Part shown: positions 36,915-48,814 of the stretch, in pieces
Layout of the letters: every line of letters begins with the position of its first letter
How positions within the stretch are numbered: the first letter of the stretch is position 1
Origin: Azolla caroliniana
Taxonomy: Eukaryota > Plantae > Polypodiophyta
Assembly (NCBI GenBank): GCA_043228905.1
Contig: JBHGNT010000005.1
Location: 15,066,001-15,130,000, forward strand
Length of the DNA stretch: 64,000 nt
Direction of reading: 5' to 3'
Notes under the pieces: generated by a model
The model's database searches: none
What the model saw: only the letters and a program-made list of their open reading frames with translations
What the model was told of the DNA's origin: nothing
Translations under genes and position numbers: made by a program

Positions 36915-39070
36915 TGCACGAGAAGACCTCACAAACCAGGTAGAAGGAAAGGTTCTAAAAAATAAGACCATTACAACGGTGTGCAAACTTCTCTTGGAGG
37001 ATGTGATATGTCGATATGGAGTTGGATGCGAATGAATCTAAAGAGTTATTTTCATGTCTTGAAGTTAAACTCTTCCTTACAAATGCATACAACCTACAGG
37101 CAAATGGAAAGATAGAGTGAGGGCATAGCCCGATAGTCCAGGCACTCGTTTGAGCATGTGCGGGAAAGATTGTAGATTGACCCTGACTACTATCTTATGC
37201 TTTGCGGGCAGATATAGCTACCCATAGCTTTGTGAACTGAAGTACCCATAACTTATGTATGGTCAAACACCTATTAAGCTCATTGAGGAATCGATCACAT
37301 CATGGGTGTCAATGCCATGGGATTATGAAATGAGTAGAGAGGACCTATTGGATATGTGTCACAACGTTGACATGTATATGAGATTAAATTCGCTAGATGG
37401 CACTGTGGGATATAGGGGTTGAACCCACGACCTCGTGGTCTCCATTGGGCATCCTTACATAACATTTAAATTGATGCATTGTATGTTGAACACTAGAAAC
37501 TTCTAGAGAATGCATCCTCATGCATTCTCTAGTAGTTTCCTAGATTGTATGCATTCACATGCATTCTCTAGAATATTCCTAGCTTGCATGCATGCCTCCA
37601 CCTTCTTGTATAAATACTTGGGCGTACCTTGATTCCAATAAAGGTGAACAACACTAGTTACAAAAGTATAAGTTAAGTTCTTGTTCTCTTTCTCTCGTCT
37701 CTTTTCTCTCTTGGTATTAAGTCTCTTCTTGGTTCTGCTCTATTCTACTCGTCCATGACACTCTGCGGATACGACAACTTGAAAGACACTAGGAGCACTT
37801 AAAGTTGGCATTCTTTCTAATAAAAGAGGCTAGACTCTGTAATAAGGGAAGATTTGAATGAACACATCGTCTATGTCTGAAGAAGATTGAAGAAGGGTTT
37901 TTTGTGATTGTCTATGGCAGCCGTTTAGACAACAAACATAGTACAATGAAAAAGTTTGCAAAGCAATGGTTTGGGCTATACATGGCAATGAAAGATAATG
38001 ATAATGCTACCTACCACCCCACGAAGTTAGAGGGAACAAGGTTGGTGATACAAATAACCGGGAAGAGAATCCAGAAACTCAAGAAATAGAAGGACGAAGA
38101 ACCATACATTGAAGAATGACGAAGAATTGGACGTGGTGAATGGAGGACGTGCAAGTTTGGTGGGGGTGGACGTCGTGATGTGGGGAGAATATAGGAGGAA
38201 ATAAGTTGAATTAGGAATATTAAAAAGGTTGAATGATCAATTGAAGGTGTGATAAAAAAGACATAATTTGAGTTAGAGTTAAATATAACCAATAAAAAAC
38301 CATTACTAGGCATCAAAAGGAAAAGTAGAGCATGTAAGTATAAAAGAAAGCAGGGTGCACGCTAAAATAAAAACACACCCACTAACTTTATTCATGTGAG
38401 AGCCTCTTTCATCCTATAAGACGAGGACACAACAAAATGGGAGGAAGAAAGAGTGAGACAAAGAAGCTCTGTCAGATTGTAAAGTGAAGCTAGGGTTGCG
38501 AATGAAGAGGGCGTAAGACCAACATATACAAGAGGCGGCATGGTTGTCGTCGTTGGGACACTCGTGGACCTCGCCTCAAAGCTCTACTTGTGAACTTAAC
38601 TTATCCAATTATTCTTTTCTTCTTCTTCTCCACAACATACTTGTTGTCTTAGGGTTTTATTTTTCTTCTTTTCCTAAAATTTAACATTCTTCATTTATGT
38701 TTAATTTCTAGAATTTATCATCATTGTCATGAATCTCAAAAAAAAGTTGAATCCGTAATTTATAAAGGGAATTTCATTCTCAATCTAGCGTTTTTGGACC
38801 TAATATTGTGAAATCTCTTCCTAATCACATGATCTTTGTACTAATCACATGTTTCCTTCATAATCTCGTGTGTTAATTTCTGTTCGGTTTGTTTCTTTGT
38901 TTGACTTTAACGAACTCTTGACTTTGACCTACCTTCGACTCTCTAGAGCCTGCGACTCTGATCTACTTTCAACTTTGCAGAGTGTTCGACTCTGAATTAC
39001 CTTCAACTCTATAGAGCACCTTCGAGTCTACATAATCTTTGACTCTTACATTCGACTCTAACTTATCTTC
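36915..39070 (+). mobile_element. Non-chromovirus Gypsy integrase fragment, PPT and 3' LTR
   Basis: AREDLTNQVEGK...; IVYGSRLDNKHSTMKKFAKQWFG; PPT GGTGGGGGTGGA at ~38159-38170, then the LTR. Confidence 0.8.
37357..37760 (+). mobile_element. Solo LTR (TGTCA...TGACA) inserted in the Gypsy integrase
   Basis: The termini are intact, TATAAAT is at ~37609, and the TSD is decayed (ATATG/CTCTG). Removing it restores an EDLL.(L/M)RIRQLE-like motif. Confidence 0.78.
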
Positions 39071-39074
39071 TCTA

Positions 39075-39581
39075 CTTACAAAATAAATTATAATGTGAAT
39101 AACCTAATGGCTAAAGTTAAGTGTTCTCTTTGAGGAGATTATTGCCGAATTATTGGTTCGAGTCACCCTAAACCTAATGGGGGTTTATCTACTCATATGA
39201 CACCATCCCCCTCCTTTGATGACGAGTTTCATGAGTTGTAATGCATGAATTGAGACTCGGCTTATCTAGATATTGGCAATGAGATTCAACTACCAGGTTA
39301 GAGGCATTATCAAGGTTCTCGGTGGGCTCCCAACTACAATAATTAGGTGTATACCTTAACGGATCCACGAGAAATTTAAACTTCTTATGTACTATCTTGG
39401 ATTCCAAAACAATTTTAACTTCAAAATCTGGGCCATCAACATGTTGAATCAGAGGTGAAGGTGGAACAACCCAATCTGGATTGGAATTACAAATGTAAGA
39501 ATCCAACAATGAGACATGAAATACTAGGTGTAGATGTATGTGTGGAGGTAGATCAAGGCAGAATGCAACATCATTGATTTG
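39075..39581 (-). mobile_element. Second chromovirus 3' end: chromodomain, PPT and truncated LTR
   Basis: FEVKIVLESKIVHKKFKFLV...CSWEPTENL chromodomain; PPT at 39203-39216; LTR starts TGTCATATG at 39202. Confidence 0.82.
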
Positions 39582-40492
39582 TGTTGAGCGGACAAGCTCA
39601 ACCGAATCCGGGTCGGTTGAATAAGCCTGAGCCGTATCGGTATCCGGAATGGAGAACTGGATAGGTATTCGGATCGGTATGTCCGATCAGAGAGACAGAT
39701 TGGATTGTAACCGGTAGGCCATTAGAGGCCTACAATCCTATTCTAGTACGTAGGTAGATTCCTTGGAGTTAGTGTCAGTCACTCGTATGAGCATTGAAGT
39801 ACTTGTCAGTCCTTTTAAGGACTTGTATAAAAAGTGTTTTGTAGGACATTTGTATGTACAAAGTATTATTATTTTGAATTCAGTTTATGCTATTCTGCCC
39901 TCTCTGTCTCTCTGTTCTGGTGTTATCCGGACTAGCCGATTTTGTCTTGGCTTCTGCACATTACCTTTTACATGGTATCAGAGCGTGAGGGTTGAGAACC
40001 TCTGCAGCCGACAAGTGCTTTTCAAAGACAAACCCTAATATCCGGTAGAGAACAGAAATCAAGAAGGTTAGAATAGACCGAGGAATGGCTAGCTTGCTTC
40101 CGATGGAGAAGCTCGACAGATCCAACTATGCATCTTGTCGTACAAGATGCACTAGTACTTGCTCGAGCATGGTTATTGAAGTTATATCGACGGAGCTAAC
40201 GATACGGCACCTGATGCGGCACATAGGGACTTCCCGGCTTGGGAACAAGCGGGAAGTAGAGATATGTACTGCTTTGTGTCCAGTGTCGGCGGTCAGCTGC
40301 TGAACCATATACAAGACGCCAAGATGTCAAAGGAAGCTTGGGGAAACCTGAAGAAGGTATTCGCCGCAAGCACCACGACCCATAAGCTGCAACTTCGGCA
40401 GGATTAAGCAATGTCCGACAAAAGGACATGTCGGTGGCCGAATACACGGCCTGTATCAAAGACATCTACGACTCACTTGCCTCCATCAACGT
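39582..40492 (+). mobile_element. Copia 5' LTR (39582-39972), Met PBS and gag start, truncated by a Gypsy insertion
   Basis: TGTTG...TTACA termini; TGGTATCAGAGC at 39973; MASLLPMEKLDRSNYAS. Confidence 0.88.
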
Positions 40493-42345
40493 TTTTGAAG
40501 CGTATTTCATACACTACGTGAAAAATGTATAAAGTACCCGATTTAATAAATATGAAGAAAACGAAGAAAATATTAGAATAAATGTTACATGCATAAGGCA
40601 ATATTCAAAACCTTGCACCTCCATGTTAATAAATTAAAGTCGTACCATTACACTAACACATAATGAGTGTTAAGAAAATAGATATCCCACATAGAAAGGT
40701 CAGTTCACGCATATTTTCTAGAAAAAAACTTTCGTTAGAAGAAATACACATGATAGAAAAAAACTACACATGCACATCTAGCGTGCATAAACACTATAGT
40801 CGATAAAAAATGCATGAGGTTAGAAAAAGCATGTTAGAGAAAGCATATGGTCTATAGATAGAAAAAGCATGGATTGCTAAGACTCTCTCATCACTATATA
40901 AGGATGGGGAGCAAATTGTAATAAGGTTGTTGATTCTTGGGTTTTTGATTACATTCTATAGATAGAAAAAGCATGGATTGCTAAGACTCTCTCATCACTA
41001 TATAAGGATGGGGAGCAAATTGTAATAAGGTTGTTGATTCTTGGGTTTTTGATTACGTTCTATAGATAGAAAAAGCATGGATTGCTAAGACTCTCTCATC
41101 ACTATATAAGGATGGGGAGCAAATTGTAATAAGGTTGTTGATTCTTGGGTTTTTGATTACGTTCTAAATATTGATTAATATAATACTTGTGGGATTCACA
41201 AGTCTTGATCTCTTTTCTCAATCTACTCTAATATACTCTAAACAATTTTAATTTATTACTATGATTTTAAATATTAAGTTAAACTAGATCACTATATTCG
41301 TAGGATTCACGAATTCCCATCTCTCTTTCTTGGAATCTATTTATATTCTTATTAGCCTTAAAACTCTCCTCCTCCTCCTAGTCCAAAACCCCAACAGTTC
41401 CCACCCAACTCACACAATGATTTGGTGCCGAAAGACACGACACAATTGGTGAACCCGATGTGAAAACAGGTGGCAAGGAGATGGAGAATCAACAAGAGGA
41501 TAGCAACATGATGACGATGTTCGAGCGGATGCTACAAGAACAACACGCGATGTTAGAGATTGCAAAGACAATGGAGCGGCTCATGCAACGGAACAGGAAA
41601 TTCAACGGGAAGGATGTGTCACGTTATTTGCGGGACTACAAGGCGGAGATGCTACGGTGCGGAATATGGGAAGGATTGCAAGTAACATCCTTCAATTGAG
41701 TGGCTACTGATGGGCTTCAAGGGAGTATCCACAGGATACGACAACAAAATCCGACGTGTGGGGGGGGGGAGGGGGTTGGGGTTTGAAGAAGCGTTGAAGA
41801 CTACATTTGCTATCGAGGACTCCTCCAAGGCAACGTGGAGAGGATTCGAAGATTACGTGGAAACACTGGACAAGGGGTTGAAGGTCCTCGATGTGTTTTC
41901 GGCATTTAAAAGTCGATTCAAAAGCTATCCTTGTACGAGATAAAGTGATCATGTTCTTACGAGCCTTGGATGTCCGGGACCGGAAAGATCTTGGAGTACT
42001 TCTAGAGGATACGACTACTAAGAGTGGCGTCACCAATACATGGGAAAATGTGGGGGACATCGTTGCATGATACACAAAGAGGAGGCAATGGCTCGGTAAT
42101 GAATAAAAGAGAATTTCGGAACCAATCTTGAGACCAAGACCCGGATTGGTAGATCACCAACCACGACCTTGGGAGACTGCAAACGAAAAGGGAATCGATG
42201 CAACCACGGTGGAGCAATTGCTGAAGGAGATGGAAAATCTCAAGACTGCTACAGTGAAGAAATCGGAAGACCGTCCCATGAGTTCCAAGTATATGGAGCG
42301 TTGATGCATATGGTGTGATAACACCGAACATGATCAGAAAGATTG
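40493..42345 (+). mobile_element. Non-chromovirus Gypsy 5' LTR (40493-41442), tRNA-Trp PBS and gag
   Basis: The LTR matches 24990-25776. PBS TGGTGAACCCGATGTGA at 41447 is complementary to the plant tRNA-Trp 3' end. gag reads MENQQ...FNGKDVSRYLRDY. Confidence 0.85.
40852..41166 (+). repeat. Near-perfect 104-bp tandem triplication containing the LTR TATA box
   Basis: Units start at 40852, 40956 and 41060. Confidence 0.92.
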
Positions 42346-44914
42346 TGTTAATGTTAACGTGCGGAAGTGTTTAGACAGAACCGGCTCAGCCGGATAGCAA
42401 CAGAGAAGAAGATGAAGGTTTAATCGAGAAGCTTAATACATAGAGAGTATACGCGGGAGAGACAGAGAGAGCAGAACGTAAATGTAGATTCAAAAATAAT
42501 AAAAACACTCTGTAACACTCTGTACACACATCGTGCTAAACATCACTATTTATACAAATCCTCAGAAGGACTGACAGAAGTACTATGTACTTCAATGCTT
42601 ATACGCGCGACTGACACTAATTACGAGACAATGATTACCTAGTAGTCTAGGCTATTACTAGGCTTCCGGTTCGCACTCGAATCCGGCTCTTCGATCCGTC
42701 TCCTCGATCCGGTCGGTTGTTTCCAGATACCGATCTGGCTCATCCTTCCGGATGCCGATTCGGCTCTAGCTTATTAAGCCGATCCGGATTCGGTTCAGCT
42801 TGCTCGCTCAACACTCCCCCTCAAGCTCAACTCGAGGTCGGATCGTGGTGTTAGTGTCTGTGGTAGTCGGTTCTTCTACCCAGCTCCTTCTGGCATCGCT
42901 CCGCCTTGGTCGCGCTCCTCATCCGGTCTGGTCCTGTTTGTTGCGAATCTTTTGGTTTTGCGCACCTCGACCTCCTCAGTCGGCTTGTCTGCTCAATAGG
43001 CCCATTTCAGCTCCCTCGCTGCTACAACTCAGGCATTTGTCGACTCGTCAGTTCCTTCGTGTTGGCGTCGACTTCCACTGCATTTGTGTCCATTTGGCCT
43101 TTAGTTGATCTGGCTCCTCCGAATCCAACTGTTGAAGCGAATCGGCTGTCTCTGATTCATTCCCGCTCTTATTCGAGTCGGTGTTCTTTAACTCGTCTTC
43201 CGGTTTCAGGCCCTTCACCACATCAGACCATGTCCGAGTCTTGGCCTTCTCCTTTCGGTCGGCTCTATCCTTCTTGTCTCTGCCGCCACTGCCGCCGTTC
43301 CAACTTCCTTCGTCGACTCGACTTCCTTTTTCCTCTTGTCTCCCCCTTTGTTGGTTCTTCCCTTTCCGACTTCTTGTCCGGTGCCGTCAACAGTTTCTTT
43401 GCCTTTGCCCATTATGGCACCGGTTTCTTTGCCTTTGCCCATTCTCCCCCTCAAGTGCGGCACATCGAGATGTTGAACACCAAGCATTTCGGTGAAGTAC
43501 TGCAACTTGTCCAATTCGAGCGGTTTGGTAAAGATGTCGGCAACCTGCCGATCCGTCTGAACATACCGAAGTTCGACTTCACCACTCAGGACCCGCTCAC
43601 GCACGAAGTGATAATGCACTTCTATGTGCTTTGTTCGAGCATGGAATACGGGGTTCTTGGTGAGCTGTATGTTTATGTTGTCACAGTAGATTAGGATCGG
43701 GGTCGGCACCTCGATCCAGAGATCTCGCAGTAGTCGCAGAAGCCAGATGGCTTCAGAGGTGGCATTGGTAGCGCCCCGATACTCAGCCTCAGTGCTCAAA
43801 AGAGCCACTGTTGGCTGCTTTTTGCTGCTCCATGCAACAGCCGTGCTACCGAAAGAAAACATGTAACCAGAGGTGGATCAACGATCCGATGCATCACTAG
43901 CCCAATCAGCATCTGTGTATCTGACGAGCTCTTCAATTATACCATGCCCGTATAACAGTCCCTAGTCCTTCGTGCCGCTCACATACCGCAATATTCGATG
44001 CACGCATTGAAGGTGCTCCACTGTTGGCTTCTGCATGAATTGGTTGATCACACCGATCGGATAACTGATGTTGAGTCGGGTGATTGTCAAATATATCAGG
44101 CTTCCGACTATTTGTCGGAACCGTTTCTCATTGCAGGCCGATCCAGAGTTGGGACGGAGCTTTTGGTTCCGATCCAGGGGTGTGGAGACAGGTCGGCATT
44201 CCGTCATGCCGAACTTGTACATCATATTCAACACATAGTGTCGTTGTGAGAGCAATATGCAGTCGGGGTTTCGGATCACCTCGATCCCAAGGAAATAATG
44301 AAGGTCCCCCAAGTCCTCCATCTCAAATGCGTCTGACAATTGGGCCTTGAAACGGCCGATTTCATTGAGTCCGGGTCCGTTGATGACTACATCATCTACA
44401 TAAAGTAAGATGTAAACCGGACCGTCCGGACCTTGGTGGATGAACAACGATGAGTCGGATTTAGAGGTCACAAACCCCATCTTACGCAACCGATGCGTGT
44501 TATCTTCGCATTCCAAGCTCGGGGGGCTTGTTTCAGACCGTAAAGCGACTTCTTAAGCTGGCACACCGTCGACTTGTTCATCTCCGACTGAAAACCGGGA
44601 GGTTAGATCATATAGACCCTTTCTTCAAGGTCACCTTGAAGAAATGCATTCTTCACGTTCATCTGGTGAAGATGCCACCTCCTTGCCGCAGCAACCGCTA
44701 GTACTACACGAACCGTCCTCATCTTCGCTATCGGAGCGAAGGTCTCGTCGTAGTAGATTCTGTGGGTCTATGCGTATCCCTTCGCCACTAACCGGGCCTT
44801 GTATTGGTTAACCGAGCCTTTGGCATTGTACTTTACCTTGTACACCCACTTATATCCGATCGGTTTACAATGTCGGGGAGGATCAACGAGGTCCCATGTG
44901 TCGTTGGCATCGAG
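42346..44914 (-). mobile_element. Copia 3' half: RT, RNase H, C-terminal extension, PPT, 3' LTR (42346-42813)
   Basis: DANDTWDLV...YKARLVAKGY; LLYVDDVV; WSSKKQPTVAL; PPT CTTGAGGGGGAG adjacent to the LTR. Confidence 0.9.
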
Positions 44915-44980
44915 GGAAAAGAAGAAAGGGGTAGGGGATTGGATGTGGGGAAAGAAGGGAGAGATAGAGAGGAAACGAAG

Positions 44981-45011
<31 letters not shown>

Positions 45012-45059
45012 CTCGAGAGCTCTAAAGGTTTTTTGCAAAGAGACAGAAACAAGGTAGCC

Positions 45060-45594
45060 ATGGCAAGATTGAGGCGTTCGTTCAAGAAATCGAAACTTGT
45101 AGCAAAAGTAGGAATGCCACAGGAAAAGACCTTCAAACCCAAACCTACAACTTCGTACCTCCAAAAGTAGTAATAGCTGGCGTTAAATGGGATGAGCATG
45201 CAAGCCTTTTGTGGAATTATAAGTCATTAGGGATTGTGCCTAACTTCTTGGGTGCTCGATTGAGTACGAGGGACACAATGATCTCAAAGAGTTTGCAAGT
45301 TCCTAATGGAGCTCAAGATATGATTGCCGATGATGGTAGCGATGTCGAAAGTGATGATTTGAAATCTGCCCTAGGGAAGAAAAGACGAGATGGTGATCAT
45401 GCTCCTATTCAATGACTTACAAAGGTGCAAAGAATTTACATGATCCAATTAATATCCAAGCACAGTGAAGATTACCAGGCAATGTCAAGGAACTTGAAGT
45501 TGAATAAATGCAACACTCACCGGGAACATTGGAGAAGCTTTGCAAGCGCTTTTGTGCATACGAGAAACTATCAGCGTATCAAGATACTGAATGA
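45060..45594 (+). pseudogene. NOP16: Processed (intronless) pseudogene of nucleolar protein 16 (60S ribosome biogenesis factor)
   Basis: Conceptual translation across 2 frameshifts and 1 stop: MARLRRSFKKSK...KVGMP...KWDEHASLLWNYKSLG...FLGAR...DDGSDVESDDLKSALGKKRRDG..APIQ*LTKVQR...DYQAM...KLN.MQHSPGTLEKLCKRF. This matches plant Nop16 motifs as I recall them; no database search was run. Confidence 0.82.
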
Positions 45595-47741
45595 AAAGTT
45601 AAAAAACATTTTCATGACTGAACGTGAATCAACTAAACATCACGCATTCATTGCTTACGAAATGGAATTTGTATCAAGGGCATTGATTTTGAAGTTGTGT
45701 AAGTTGTGTTGTAGGAAGCCCTTTCGTTTGTTTCCATCATTTAAAAGTACTCTTGATTCATATGGGCAATGATCTAATGTGGGGAGAATAAATGTGAAGT
45801 TAGCTTGAATTTGTACAATTAGAGAGAGAGAGAGAAGGCGCCATGGAGGGAGGGCTCAGACATCTCACTCACACCGCCATCTCCTCCTCTCTCAACTCCA
45901 CACCCTCTTGGCCGCCTCGGGGCAATGATCTCGGGCACTTGTGTTGCCTGGGTCGATTGCAGCGGGGTCATCACGAGCCCCATTGCCGCCTCCTCGACTG
46001 TCTCCCTCATCTCGAAATTGTGCTCCTTCAAACTCAAGATCCCTAAGCTCTTCTAGCCCATAATTCTTCATCGGTCTCTGGTTCGGGTGGGGTCATGTCT
46101 ATTTGGTTGAATCCATGTTTTGTTCTTGGTTCTTGGTTTAAAATCATATTAGTTTTTAACCATGTTTGTATTGTGTATTGTGTATGTGTATGTGTATTTG
46201 CATATGCATGGTTGTGTTTGTATGCATGCACACATGCATTTGCAACATTCCCTCTCATGTTTTTTTTTCCATGTTAATTTTTGTATTTGCTATACAACCT
46301 CACAATTCACATTCTTCTTGTAGAGTTCCCTTGATTTTTGAAACAATTAATGTAGTGAAATCATTTTCCTTCAATTAAAAATCTAGAGATGATGTCTGCT
46401 AACAACTAGATTTCCTTTATAGTTACAAAGGAAGAAAGCATTTGTCATGATAATCTCTTTTTCCAAGGAAGAAGGCATATCCAACAAGAAAACAAGTGCT
46501 TCCTTGAGGGGAGTCTCCTAATGGAAGGAGGCTAAAACTGAAGAAGTCACCAACATGAAATCTACAACCATGAAAAGACCAGTAATAATTCCGGCACTCA
46601 GGATCTAATTTGGATGAGTTTACAACAATAAAATAACATTTTATTGGAATATGTACATCATTTTATTGCTCTAGAATGACCCTGAAGAAGAAAACACAGA
46701 ACTGATGGTGCTATATTCATGGATGTAATGTGTAAATGTAGGTATATATCCCAATAAAATGTTATATTTATTGTTGTAAAATGTGCTACATCATTATGAG
46801 AATGCATGGTCTTGATTTCTACTTGTTGTAAATAATTGTATGTATTGTAATATGGAATTGTTGTCATTACTTTCCTCTCATATAATGAATCATTGTTTGT
46901 TTGAAACATTATTTGAACCTTAGGTATTTCATTATTATAGCAAGTTGGTTTTACATTTGTTTGTTTGTTGTAAACGATATACTCTAAGGAAAAGGTGTAC
47001 TACAAAGAGATGCTATATAGCCAATAATGATTGATATATATGTCAAATGTGGCTTGACCCATGTAGCACATATATTGCTTAATAAGCTTTGCATATTGAA
47101 TTAGTCATATATTAATATCTTCCATGTTAAATAATGTTGTGATGTGAGAAATTATTGAGCATTTGAAGGAACTTCTTGTAGTGATGGCATATTGATGATG
47201 ATTGTTGATGAAATTTCATAAAGTTTAAATATAGAATATTTATCAAACCAAATAATGAACTCGTGAGTCTTTATTAGTAAAAGAATATTTATAATTTAGG
47301 TGCAAATGGATGCCTTCCCACTACACACACATACACATAACCTATAGATACATACACATATGTCATACAACTAGGATATACAACACATACAATATAATAC
47401 GTACATAAATAAAGATGGAATACAATACATACATTTGAACAGACACACACACAAATAACACATACATACATACACACAACACACACATAAAATATATACA
47501 ATATATGCAATACAATATAATACATACATACACCCATTTATAAAACATACATATATCTTCTATGTAAGGGCATTTAAAATGAGGTGTTGTCAAAATATAT
47601 ATTCGCACTAAGGGTTATTTTTATTAGCTATTTTTTTATAGAAGGGTATCTAAAATAGTAAAAAATATATGTATAAGGGGTTTATAAAAGGAGTCGTGAA
47701 CGCACGTGATACAACCTCTTTAAACATAGTGGAGCCCCCCG

Positions 47742-48722
47742 GGCCCTTGCCCCGTCGACAATCGACCGGTTCTTCCTTTCGGCCACACCGTTTTGCTCAT
47801 GTATGTATCTCCAACTGAATTGTCTTTGAATTCCATTCTGTTGCAGATAACTGTTGAATTGGCTAGAAAAGTATTCTTTTCTGCCATCTGACCGCAAGCA
47901 CTTGATCTTCCTCTCCGTTTCCCGTTCAACCAAGCTTTGAAGGTTCCGAAAACAGTCGAAGAATTCGCTCTTCCTCTTGACGAGGTAAATCCATGTGTGC
48001 CGGCTGTAGTCATCGATGAAGGATACGAAGTATCGACTCCCGCCAAGACTAACGTTCTGTGCCGGTCCCCATACATCCGAATGGATTAGGTCGAGCTTTT
48101 TACGGCTCCGGTTTTGTTCGGTGGGGAATGGAAGCCGATGTTGCTTCCCGAGTTGGCAGGCTTCACAAATTTCAGCTTTCCAGTCGCTAAATTTTGGCAA
48201 ACCGAAAACAACTTGTTTCGATTGCAAGTCCTGAAGCCTCTGGTAATTGACGTGGCCGATTCGCTTGTGCCAAAGATCGATGTCCGATTCAATCTTTTGT
48301 CCTTTAGCAAACATGGTGGTGTCGGCATCGCTAGTGTTGAGGATGAACATCCTCCCTTCTCTGTGCCCTTGCGCAATAATCTGGCCCTCTTCCTCAATGA
48401 AGCACCCGAGGTGTGTAAATCGCACCTACATTCCCTGGTCGACGATTTGTCTGACCGACACCAGGTTCTTTGTGATTGTAGGAACGTGTAATACGTTCAT
48501 CAGCTTCCCCTTCTATCCGACATGGCTCAAAGGGACTTCTTCGACATGCACAATCGGGTGAGGAGTGTCGTCTCCAGTTTTGACAACTCCTAGTTGATCC
48601 GGTTTCTCTAGAAGGGAGAACCACTCTTCGTGGCTCGTTATGTGGTTCAATGCACGGGAATCAACGTACCATACTTCCTCCGATTTGGACGTAGTCTTCT
48701 TCATCGGATTTGCCTTGTGTCT
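47742..48722 (-). mobile_element. Copia PR / GAG-pre-integrase / integrase fragment
   Basis: VWYVDSRALNH; LWHKRIGH; CEACQLGKQHR; IHSDVWGP; NGVAERKNR. Confidence 0.9.
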
Positions 48723-48814
48723 CATCTCTCATCTCTCTCTCTCTCCCTCTCTCACATTGAACCTCCTTGGGAGGGGGGTGGAACCATTCTAGGCACCACC
48801 CCCACGACACAATG

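Noticed and set aside
42906-43694. 262-aa antisense ORF as an independent antisense gene
   Set aside because: It is the shadow of RNase H and the purine-rich extension, and the sister copy at 56900-57600 has no equivalent continuous ORF.
44915-47741. Helitron or Pack-MULE carrying Nop16
   Set aside because: No convincing TC...CTRR ends with a subterminal hairpin, TIRs or TSD could be identified by eye.
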